Of a stretch of 64,000 nt of DNA, positions 34,652 through 43,141 are shown piece by piece. The first letter of the stretch is position 1; each line of letters starts with the position of its first letter. The stretch is from an uncultured delta proteobacterium (GTDB lineage Bacteria; Desulfobacterota; Desulfobacteria; Desulfobacterales; JAHEIW01): positions 1 through 64,000 of the forward strand of contig CAVPNL010000018.1 of the NCBI GenBank assembly GCA_963706575.1. The letters run 5' to 3'. Both the position numbers and the translations under genes were made by a program. A model generated the notes under the pieces. It was given only the letters and a program-made list of their open reading frames with translations, had not been told where the DNA came from and searched no databases.

Positions 34652-34819
34652 GTTGCGCGTTGCGGGGTTGCGAGATGCGCGTTGCGGGTTAAACGATTTG
34701 CAAAAAAATAAAAAAGTTCAGCATGCCAATTTCGAACTCAAAGATAAAATCACCAAATTCGCTCAATGCCGGAAAGGATCGACTTTCAATCCGCAATCCA
34801 AAATCCGCAATCCAAAATC
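34652..34819. repeat. 7-mer arms GTTGCGN x5 (34652-34687) and AATCCRM x4 (34788-34819, inside lipB)
   Basis: Read directly from sequence. Confidence 0.7.
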
Positions 34820-35526
34820 AACAAACCTGGCTGAGCATCGATTTTGACCGAATCGACTACCGGGAAGCCTGGCAACTGCAGAGCAATCTGATTGCGGCCC
34901 GCAAAGAGCGCATCCTGCAAAAGGATATCGTTTTATTCTTAGAACACCCCCCTGTATTTACCCTCGGGCGCAGAGGCGGGCGGGAATGTCTGCTGGTATC
35001 AGAAGAATTCCTTGAGAAATCCGGCGTGCAGGTCATCCAGGTCGAGCGCGGCGGAAACATTACCTTTCACGGGCCGGGCCAGCTGGTCGTTTATCCGATC
35101 GTGGATTTGCAAACTGCCAGAATAAAAGTTGTCGATTTCGTTGGCGGCCTCGAAGAGGTGATGCTGCGTGCCGCCGCGCACTGGGGCATTGCTGCTGAGC
35201 GCAATCCGGCCAACCGCGGTATCTGGGTGGGGCCCCACAAAATGGGCAGCATTGGAATCGCCGTGCGCCGAGGCATCAGCTTTCACGGCCTGGCATTAAA
35301 TATCCAAACCGATTTAACCCCGTTTTCCTGGATCCAACCCTGCGGGTTAAGGGACGTGGGTATGACCACCATGCAGCAGGAAACAGCGCGTAAACTTTCA
35401 ATGCAACAGGTGCGAACGGTTTTAAAAAAACAATTCGAAGCGGTTTTTGGTATAAAGTTCGTTTCGAAAAACCTGAACGATTTAGGTTCTATATTGGATA
35501 ATTTAACTTTAACCACTCGTGTTTAG
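34723..35526 (+). CDS. lipB: Lipoyl(octanoyl) transferase
   Basis: EHPPVFTLG, RGGNITFHGPGQLVVYP, HGLALN, PCG; start uncertain. Confidence 0.93.
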   Translation: MPISNSKIKSPNSLNAGKDRLSIRNPKSAIQNQQTWLSIDFDRIDYREAWQLQSNLIAARKERILQKDIVLFLEHPPVFTLGRRGGRECLLVSEEFLEKSGVQVIQVERGGNITFHGPGQLVVYPIVDLQTARIKVVDFVGGLEEVMLRAAAHWGIAAERNPANRGIWVGPHKMGSIGIAVRRGISFHGLALNIQTDLTPFSWIQPCGLRDVGMTTMQQETARKLSMQQVRTVLKKQFEAVFGIKFVSKNLNDLGSILDNLTLTTRV

Positions 35527-35630
35527 TGTTTGGTATTTTGTGTTTAGTGTTTTATTATTATATTCAGTCAATCGCACCATTCACCAAAAACTAAACATTA
35601 AAAACTAAATACTAGACACCAAACACTAAA
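35519..35630. repeat. Inverted 7-mer arrays (GTGTTTR x5 / NACTAAA x7) filling the lipB-lipA junction
   Basis: The first unit contains the lipB TAG; the last unit ends 4 nt before the lipA ATG. Confidence 0.85.
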
Positions 35631-35634
35631 ACCG

Positions 35635-36531
35635 ATGCCCCAACACCCCCATCAGAAGCCCCGCTGGCTTAAAAAGAGACTGCCGACCGGCCCGGAATAC
35701 GAAAGAGTGAAAGAACTCGTCGGTAAGGATCGGCTGCATACCGTCTGCCAGGAAGCCAAATGTCCGAATATGTGGGAATGTTTTTCGCAACAGACGGCCA
35801 CATTTTTGATTATGGGCTCCCGCTGTACCCGCAATTGCCGCTTTTGTTCGGTCGCTCAGGGGCCTGTTGAACTGCCTGATCCGGCCGAGCCGGACCGGGT
35901 TGCAGCCGCTGCCCGACAAATGGGTCTCAGTTATGTCGTAATTACCTCCGTTACGCGCGATGATTTAACAGACGGCGGCGCCGCCTTTTTTGCCGAGACC
36001 ATTGAGGCCGTGCACCGCCGGATTCCATCCGCAAGGGTGGAAGTTCTGATACCTGATTTTCAGGGCAACGCTGCGGCGCTGCAAACCGTACTTGCAGCCC
36101 ATCCGGATGTGCTCAACCATAACATTGAAACCGTGCCCCGCCTGTATACGCTCGTCCGCCCGCAAGCACGCTACCAGCGCTCACTTCAATTGTTGTCTCG
36201 CGTCCAAAAATATGCCCCCGGGCTGCCGATTAAATCGGGCTTGATGCTGGGGCTGGGGGAATCTTCTGAAGAAATCCGCTCAACGCTGAAGGATTTAATC
36301 GATGCGGGCTGCCGTATCCTGACACTGGGACAATATCTGCAGCCTTCAAAGGCGCATTTGCCGGTAAAGCGTTTTGTAACCCCTGAAGAATTTGAGCAAT
36401 GGCGGCAACTCGCCATCGAAATCGGCTTTTCAGAGGTCGCCAGCGGACCCTTCGTCCGCAGCTCATATCACGCTAAAGAGCTTTATCAGGCCGTCGACCA
36501 GCTGATTTTAAAACGAAATGGCGAGGTGTAA
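35635..36531 (+). CDS. lipA: Lipoyl synthase
   Basis: CQEAKCPNMWEC, CTRNCRFC, VRSSYHA. Confidence 0.97.
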   Translation: MPQHPHQKPRWLKKRLPTGPEYERVKELVGKDRLHTVCQEAKCPNMWECFSQQTATFLIMGSRCTRNCRFCSVAQGPVELPDPAEPDRVAAAARQMGLSYVVITSVTRDDLTDGGAAFFAETIEAVHRRIPSARVEVLIPDFQGNAAALQTVLAAHPDVLNHNIETVPRLYTLVRPQARYQRSLQLLSRVQKYAPGLPIKSGLMLGLGESSEEIRSTLKDLIDAGCRILTLGQYLQPSKAHLPVKRFVTPEEFEQWRQLAIEIGFSEVASGPFVRSSYHAKELYQAVDQLILKRNGEV

Positions 36532-36533
36532 AT

Positions 36534-37691
36534 TTGGATGCTTCTGTGGTTTGGGCTGAAATTGATTTAAAAGCCATTGCTCACAACGTCGCTGAATTGC
36601 GCCGCATCACAAAGCCGGAAGCCCGGCTGATGGCGGTGGTAAAAGCCAACGGTTATGGCCACGGCGCCATTGAAATCGCACAATGCGCCCTGCAAAATGG
36701 CGCGGCGACTCTGGGCGTGGCCAGAATAGAGGAAGGGATTCAAATTCGCCAGGCCGGCATCCAGGCTCCCATTTTGATTTTCGGTTATACCCTTTCGCAA
36801 CAGATAGCCGACCTTTTGGAATATGACCTTACCCCGTGCTTTTATAGCGCCGCATCGGCCCAGAAATTGTCCAGCGCAGCCGCGTCACTGGGGAAAAAAA
36901 TAAAGGCCCATTTAAAAGTGGACACCGGAATGGGCCGGCTCGGCCAGTTGCCGCAAAATTTTAAAGCCGACAATTCGACAGCGATCAACGCGGATGCACT
37001 TGAAGAAACCCTGACTATTGCTCGCCTGGACGGGCTCGAACTTGAGGGCATATACACCCATTTCGCCACCGCTGACAGCTCAAATAAATCCTATGCCGAA
37101 AAACAGCTCCATCTTTTCATAAATTACTTGAAGCGATTGCAGCAAGCGGGCTTGAACCCGCCTGTCAGACATGCCGCCAACAGTGCCGCATTAATTGATA
37201 TGCCGCAGTCACATTTTGACATGGTGCGCCCGGGGATTGCAATTTACGGACTCTATCCATCCGATGAAGTCCAGAAAAATAAGGTATCCCTCAAGCCCGC
37301 CATGGCTTTAAAGGCAAGGATTATTCATTTAAAAAAAGTCCCCGCCGGATTTAAGGTCAGCTACGGCGGCACCCATGAAACCCAAAAGCCAACCACAATC
37401 GCCACTGTTCCGGTGGGCTATGCCGACGGATTGAACCGGCTGTTATCCTCCCGTGGCCAGATGCTGGTCCATGGGCAGCGGGTCCCCATTATCGGACGGG
37501 TCTGCATGGATCTGACCATGCTGGATGTGGGCAGCATCGAAAACGTTCAAGTGGGTGACGAGGTGGTTGTTTTTGGTCAACAGAACAATAAAACCTTAAG
37601 CGTCGATGAAATGGCCTCCTTGCTCAACACCATAAATTATGAAATTGTTTCCACCATAACCGCCCGGGTGCCGCGGGTCTATTTAAAATAA
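36534..37691 (+). CDS. alr: Alanine racemase
   Basis: VVKANGYGHG, KVDTGMGRLG, GYADG, GRVCMD, TINYEI. Confidence 0.97.
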   Translation: MDASVVWAEIDLKAIAHNVAELRRITKPEARLMAVVKANGYGHGAIEIAQCALQNGAATLGVARIEEGIQIRQAGIQAPILIFGYTLSQQIADLLEYDLTPCFYSAASAQKLSSAAASLGKKIKAHLKVDTGMGRLGQLPQNFKADNSTAINADALEETLTIARLDGLELEGIYTHFATADSSNKSYAEKQLHLFINYLKRLQQAGLNPPVRHAANSAALIDMPQSHFDMVRPGIAIYGLYPSDEVQKNKVSLKPAMALKARIIHLKKVPAGFKVSYGGTHETQKPTTIATVPVGYADGLNRLLSSRGQMLVHGQRVPIIGRVCMDLTMLDVGSIENVQVGDEVVVFGQQNNKTLSVDEMASLLNTINYEIVSTITARVPRVYLK

Positions 37692-37706
37692 TCAGGTGCT
37701 TAAAAG

Positions 37707-37875
37707 TGATGAATTCGTAAAAAGTCGAATTCATCAAGTGTTTGGTGTTTCGTGTTTGGTGTTTGGTATGAAATAGGTGATGCGATATCGGCATGTTAGA
37801 ATACTAAACACTAAATACCAAATACAAAACACACTCGTAAAAAGGCTGTTTTTCTGACTTTTTACGAGATAATCA
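37707..37875. mobile_element. MITE-like element with 20-bp imperfect TIRs enclosing inverted 7-mer arrays
   Basis: TGATGAATTCGTAAAAAGTC ... GACTTTTTACGAGATAATCA (17/20 complementary); AAAG on both flanks; homologous copy at 46980-47135. Confidence 0.65.
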
Positions 37876-37896
37876 AAAGTAATTTAGGAGCATTTT

Positions 37897-38691
37897 TTGC
37901 CTTATTTTACCACCCCCGACAACTGCAGGCTGTATTACGTCAGTCTTAATATTCAACACGGCAGGCCGCCGGTTGTTTTTTTGAATGGCACCAGCCAGAC
38001 AACCGTTTACTGGGAACCGCATGCAAATGCCTTTTCAACGCATTTCGGGGTGCTGCGGTATGATGCCCGTGCCCAGGGAAAGAGCGATATCGGATCCTGT
38101 GAGATTTCGGCCGAAATCCATACCGCCGATCTTCAAAATTTACTCGATCATTTGAACGTCCAAAAGACCCACCTGATCGGCATCAGCCACGGTGCCTATA
38201 TCGCCTTGCGGCTGGCGGCAACAACGCCGGATTTGGTAGACCGGCTGGTTTTGTGCAGTATGGGCAAAGATTCCGGGGCTCAGGTGAAGCTTATCATCAG
38301 ATCCTGGCTGGAAATTCTGCAGCGTGCCGATCTTAAAACCATGGCATGGGCCACGCTGCCGCTGGTTTTTGGGAAACGTTTTTTAAATCATAACCATGAT
38401 ATACTCGATAAAATCGTCGCCGCCATTGCAGCCCGTAACGATAAAGAAGCCCTTATCGCCCATTTCAATGCCATCGCCAATTATGCGCCAGTAGAATCGT
38501 TTCTAAAAATAATTAAATGCCCGACGCTGGTCATTTCAGGATCTGATGATCCCATTGTCACCCCCCAGGATGCCCGGCAACTGGCAACAAAGTGCCGCGG
38601 GCGCCATGAGATATTTCCGCAGACCGGTCACAGTATCCCTGCCGAAGCCCCGGCTTTGTTCCAGCAGGTGATACTCGATTTCCTCAGATAG
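37897..38691 (+). CDS. Alpha/beta fold hydrolase
   Basis: YDARAQGKS, GISHG nucleophile elbow, C-terminal TGH; TTG start after AGGAG. Confidence 0.88.
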   Translation: MPYFTTPDNCRLYYVSLNIQHGRPPVVFLNGTSQTTVYWEPHANAFSTHFGVLRYDARAQGKSDIGSCEISAEIHTADLQNLLDHLNVQKTHLIGISHGAYIALRLAATTPDLVDRLVLCSMGKDSGAQVKLIIRSWLEILQRADLKTMAWATLPLVFGKRFLNHNHDILDKIVAAIAARNDKEALIAHFNAIANYAPVESFLKIIKCPTLVISGSDDPIVTPQDARQLATKCRGRHEIFPQTGHSIPAEAPALFQQVILDFLR

Positions 38692-38864
38692 CCGTCGCCA
38701 TCCGCATCGGCTGTATAGACATTCAGCGGGTCATTCAGGTTGCAACATTAGATCGGTTGTGTCTATATTGCCGATTTCCTTTTTTAAGATGAATCTCCCC
38801 GCGGCAAGCCGCGGTTTGCTCAAAGGTCAAAATTAATATAGAACCCATTTCAAAGTAGGCCACA

Positions 38865-40079
38865 ATGAGAGAAATCATACTGATCAATGTTACCGGTAAA
38901 GATAAGCCCGGTTTGACCGCCAGTTTGACCGGTATTCTTGCCCGATATAAGGTGGCCATTCTGGATATTGGCCAGGCCGTCATCCATGATTATTTATCCC
39001 TGGGGATTTTGGTTGAAATCCCGACCGAGTATAAATCTTCATCCATCCTCAAAGATCTTTTGTTTGAAGCGCATAAACTGGGCATTCAAATTCGATTTTC
39101 CCCGATTGAAGAGGACCTTTATGAAAACTGGGCCGCCCAGCAAGGAAAAGAGCGGCGAGTTATCACCCTGCTGGGCCGGCGCATAAGCGCCGAACAGCTT
39201 TCAAAAGTAGCGGCCGCAATTGCCAAAAACAAATTAAATATCGATGTCATTAACCGACTGTCAGGGCGTGTGTCGGTAAACAACACGGATACCACTCAAA
39301 CAGCCTGTGTGCAGATTACGGTTTCCGGCAAAATTAATGACCCCGGTGTGTTAAGGAGGGAGCTTCTTGAAATTCACGCCGATACCGGCATCGATATCTC
39401 ATTTTATGTCGATGATATTTACCGACATGCCCGCCGGCTGGTCGTATTCGATATGGATTCGACCCTGATTCAAGGTGAGGCAATTGATGAACTTGCCGAT
39501 TTGGCCGGCATCGGCGACCAGGTGGCGCAGATTACCGAGGCCGGCATGCAGGGCAAAATAGATTTTAAAGAAGGTCTGACACAGCGGGTGGCCCTTTTAA
39601 ATGGCCTGGAGGAAAATGTGCTTTCATTTGTCGCTCATAATCTGGTGTTGACTGAAGGTGCCGACCGTGTGATTCGCAAACTTAAACAACTGGGATACAA
39701 AATCGGTATCATCTCCGGGGGCTTCGAATATTTTGGAAAGTACTTACAAAAGAAACTCGAACTGGATTATGTTTTCACCAATTGCCTTGAAATAGTGGAT
39801 GGAAAACTCACAGGAAAACTTAAAGGCGATATTATCGACGGCCAGAAAAAAGCCGAGATTTTGAGAACCATTGCCCGGGTCGAAAATATCAGCCTGCAGC
39901 AGACTATCGCGGTCGGCGATGGCGCCAATGATCTACCAATGATCAGTATCGCCGGCCTGGGGGTGGCATTTAACGCCAAATCCATTGTAAAGGAAAATGC
40001 ACAGCGCAGTATTTCCAGTGTGGGATTGGACGGTTTGCTGTATCTAATGGGGCTTAGCGAAAGAGAGATTCGGCAGTAA
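38865..40079 (+). CDS. serB: Phosphoserine phosphatase with ACT domains
   Basis: GKDKPG ACT start, FDMDSTLI, ISGGF, GDGANDL. Confidence 0.96.
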   Translation: MREIILINVTGKDKPGLTASLTGILARYKVAILDIGQAVIHDYLSLGILVEIPTEYKSSSILKDLLFEAHKLGIQIRFSPIEEDLYENWAAQQGKERRVITLLGRRISAEQLSKVAAAIAKNKLNIDVINRLSGRVSVNNTDTTQTACVQITVSGKINDPGVLRRELLEIHADTGIDISFYVDDIYRHARRLVVFDMDSTLIQGEAIDELADLAGIGDQVAQITEAGMQGKIDFKEGLTQRVALLNGLEENVLSFVAHNLVLTEGADRVIRKLKQLGYKIGIISGGFEYFGKYLQKKLELDYVFTNCLEIVDGKLTGKLKGDIIDGQKKAEILRTIARVENISLQQTIAVGDGANDLPMISIAGLGVAFNAKSIVKENAQRSISSVGLDGLLYLMGLSEREIRQ

Positions 40080-40158
40080 TGCCCCCCCTGGTCCTGCCAG
40101 CGCGGGACGGGGAACCGGGGGCAAAGATGAATAAATCGGGTGATAGGCCGTTAACAGC

Positions 40159-40611
40159 CTATGCGGTTTTTCTATTCATGTCTTTAGTCGCGGCGAAAAA
40201 TGCAATCATATCCTTACGGTGCCTGGGCAGATTATTAAACTTCACACCGATGGCATAGGCACTGCTCCAGATAATTTGGCCGGCCAAATCAATATGTTTG
40301 TGGGAAAAGGGATTAAAGAACGTCAGATCGATTTGCTGGCCAACCGGAAACGGTTCATTGGTTTCAATATAGGCCCCGAAGGAATTTATATCCAGAATAA
40401 AACTAATATGGTTTTGTTGCTCCAGGGTGTAGTTGACCGGTATTAGGCAGGGATTGCGGGGCTTTGTGCGTTTATCTACAATATGTTTGGCATGGTCCAA
40501 TAACGTCAATTGCTGCGCTTCCGACATGTCCAAGATCAGCATCAACAGGCGTGAAAAACTGGTACTGTAACGCTTGATTTTTTGTTTGCCGATAAGCCTA
40601 TCTGTATCCAT
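40159..40611 (-). CDS. PilZ domain protein
   Basis: RTKPR (RxxxR) and DINSFG (DxSxxG-like) motifs, IGVKF; ATG after GGAAGG. Confidence 0.8.
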   Translation of the reverse strand: MDTDRLIGKQKIKRYSTSFSRLLMLILDMSEAQQLTLLDHAKHIVDKRTKPRNPCLIPVNYTLEQQNHISFILDINSFGAYIETNEPFPVGQQIDLTFFNPFSHKHIDLAGQIIWSSAYAIGVKFNNLPRHRKDMIAFFAATKDMNRKTA

Positions 40612-40779
40612 GTTCGTCACCTTCCTGAATCGACCATAAGGTTGCACAGAAAATTCATGCAAAAATTATGCAAGTTGCTGGAAAAAATTTAATTGATAAA
40701 ATTCAATTAGTTTAAAAATCCGGCCGGATTTGGAGGGGAAAAATTGAGAAGATTATTTCTTAATTTTATGAATTTAATT

Positions 40780-41565
40780 TCACAAATGCAAAAACGTTAT
40801 CAGGTTGTCGTTGAAAATTTGGGTCTGCTCAATATTGGAAAGATGGGCCGCATCAGGAATCACCACCAGCTTCGAGCCTTTAATTTGCGCATGCATGGCT
40901 TCAGATGCCGCCACCGGCGTGCCGGGATCATCGGCTCCGACCATAATCAGGGTGGGTATCTCAATTGCCGGCAGCCGGTTCAAATAATTAAGGCGGCGGA
41001 TGGCTTCACTGCAGCCGACATAGCCGGCAACCGGGGTGTCTAAGATCTGTTGACGGATTTGATCGATATCAGGAGGATTCTGTTCAAGATAGTTCGGCGT
41101 GAACCAGCGTTCTAGTGTTGACTCGGCCACAGCCTGCATGCCCATGTTATGGACTGCATCGATGCGCTCCTGCCAGACCGGTTGAGCTTCATCGGGAATT
41201 ATCGCGGCTGTGTCCGCTAACACCAGGCGCTCAATGCGATCGGGATGACTTAACGCCAGGCCTTGCCCGATCATGCCGCCCATGGAAAGGCCCACCCAAC
41301 AGACGCTGTCGAAGTTCAGTTGATCCAAAATACCAATGGCATCATCAACCAGTTGTTCCAGGGCATAAGCTCCCGCTGGCGCATCACTGCCGCCGTGACC
41401 GCGCGTATCAAATCGCAGAACCTGGAAATGGGGCTCCAGCAAATCAAGCTGTGGACGCCACATCACCATGCTGCAGGCCAGGGAGTGGCTCAGGACCACT
41501 ACCGGTGCCTGTTTTTGCCCTGACAATTCACAGTTAATATGGATACCGTTGGCTTCGATTATCAT
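40780..41565 (-). CDS. 3-oxoadipate enol-lactonase-like alpha/beta hydrolase
   Basis: FDTRGHGGS, GLSMGG, ERWFT, AAHLSNIEQ (PcaD-like). Confidence 0.85.
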   Translation of the reverse strand: MIIEANGIHINCELSGQKQAPVVVLSHSLACSMVMWRPQLDLLEPHFQVLRFDTRGHGGSDAPAGAYALEQLVDDAIGILDQLNFDSVCWVGLSMGGMIGQGLALSHPDRIERLVLADTAAIIPDEAQPVWQERIDAVHNMGMQAVAESTLERWFTPNYLEQNPPDIDQIRQQILDTPVAGYVGCSEAIRRLNYLNRLPAIEIPTLIMVGADDPGTPVAASEAMHAQIKGSKLVVIPDAAHLSNIEQTQIFNDNLITFLHL

Positions 41566-41677
41566 AATTTCATCCCCTTTTTTACTCTTCATCCCGCAAT
41601 CTACATCAAAAATAGTAGATCATATTTAAGAAAACATACGCGTTACGCCAGCCGATTCAAAAACCGCGCCTGAAGAA

Positions 41678-41740
41678 ATCGTGGCTGGAAGCCACTCCCA
41701 CATCCTCTCATCTGCAGTGGGAGCGGCATCTTGCCGCGAT
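41678..41740. repeat. REP doublet (GTGG/GTAG class)
   Basis: ATCGTGGCTGGAAGCCACTCCCAC ... GTGGGAGCGGCATCTTGCCGCGAT, two inverted 24-mers with internal hairpins. Confidence 0.75.
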
Positions 41741-41746
41741 ATGCGA

Positions 41747-43009
41747 TTATTTTGAATCTGTGACTGGCTTTCTTAAATATAAAGACAGCACCATTCCCAT
41801 CAGCGAGATCACACCGGCAATCAGAAAGGGCAGCGTAAATGAACCACTGAGATCCGCAAGATACCCGCCAAGCGCCGGCCCCAGGGCCTGACCGATTCCG
41901 AAGAACAGGGTAATAAATCCCAGCCCGGCTGGCGCCAATCGCGGTCCCACAAAGTCACCGGCAGCTGCAGCCATAATAGTGGGAATGCTCCAGGCCGTCA
42001 GCCCGAACAAAATTGCAGACAGGTAAAATCCGAATGGAACCTTAATCAATGCATAGAGAATATAGGATAGTCCCAGCACAAGATACGCAAGTGCGGCACC
42101 ACGGCTTCTTCCGAGCACGTCCGATATCTTGCCCCAAATCACCCCGCAAAAAATGCTTAACCCGCCTACTAACGCCCACAAACCACCGGCCCATTCCTGA
42201 CTGAGGCCTATTTCTTTAACCAGATAAGCCGCAAAAAAAACCATATAAATAATGTAGGAAAGACCAAAGAAAAAATAAACAGCCCCCAGATACCAGACGG
42301 ATCCCATTTTTATAATGCCTTTAACGGTAACCGTCCACTTCGGGGCCGATACTTTTTCAGTTGCGGAGGAATCGCTCTGTGCCGCATCACTATTTTCAGA
42401 TCCAACCTGCTGGAGTCCCTTTTCCTGCGGGTTGCTGCGCACGAACTGAAAGACAACGCCGGATATCAGAAGTACGGCGCCGCCCAGTATGTACCAAGAA
42501 AACCGCCAGCCATTTGCGCCAAAGACGGATAAAATCGGCGGAACTGTCAGACCGGAGATGAGCGTACCGGCTCCGATTCCGGCTGAGACGATGCCGGTCG
42601 CAAAGCCCCTCTTTTTCATTGTAAACCAGGCCGAACCCAGAGCCATCGCCGGGACGAAGGCCGCACCATTGCCAAGGCCGGTCAACAGCCGCATGGCAAA
42701 GGCAAACTCAAATGATTGCGCTAAACCGGTCAGGATCATCGTGATTCCCATCAGTACTAAACCGGCCGTAATAACGATGCGCGTTCCAAAACGAGCAGCC
42801 AGAAATCCGCCAACAATGGCCATGGTCAGATAACCGATGAAATTACCGGTTCCCAGGAGCCCCAGCTGAGTGTAGTTAAAGCTCAGTCCGTCTTTCATGG
42901 CGGGCAGGATAATCGTATAGGACATCCGGCCGAACCCGTGGGCGGCAATGGTGGTCAGCAGCCCCATGAAGATGACAACCCAGCCGTAATGCAGCTTGCC
43001 TGCTTTCAT
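41747..43009 (-). CDS. MFS transporter (YbfB/YjiJ-like)
   Basis: About 12 TM helices, GFLAARFG and GKISDVLGR motif A. Confidence 0.9.
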   Translation of the reverse strand: MKAGKLHYGWVVIFMGLLTTIAAHGFGRMSYTIILPAMKDGLSFNYTQLGLLGTGNFIGYLTMAIVGGFLAARFGTRIVITAGLVLMGITMILTGLAQSFEFAFAMRLLTGLGNGAAFVPAMALGSAWFTMKKRGFATGIVSAGIGAGTLISGLTVPPILSVFGANGWRFSWYILGGAVLLISGVVFQFVRSNPQEKGLQQVGSENSDAAQSDSSATEKVSAPKWTVTVKGIIKMGSVWYLGAVYFFFGLSYIIYMVFFAAYLVKEIGLSQEWAGGLWALVGGLSIFCGVIWGKISDVLGRSRGAALAYLVLGLSYILYALIKVPFGFYLSAILFGLTAWSIPTIMAAAAGDFVGPRLAPAGLGFITLFFGIGQALGPALGGYLADLSGSFTLPFLIAGVISLMGMVLSLYLRKPVTDSK

Positions 43010-43141
43010 GTCTCTCCCCCCTGATCTGCAGTTGTGTGCTGACAGAATGTTTGTATTGCATTTCCTGATATGAAGTCAAAAGAAATGTGAGTTTAACTTT
43101 TTTTTGACAATCAGGTCGATTTCATTTTATTCTTAATAGTT

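Noticed and set aside
38799..38814. IS200/IS605 element suggested by the hairpin CCGCGGCAAGCCGCGG
   Set aside because: Only a 16-nt hairpin, with no tnpA/tnpB and no second end.
40657..40674. sigma54 promoter upstream of the PilZ gene
   Set aside because: Minus strand reads TTGCATAATTTTTGCA and lacks the invariant GG at -24.
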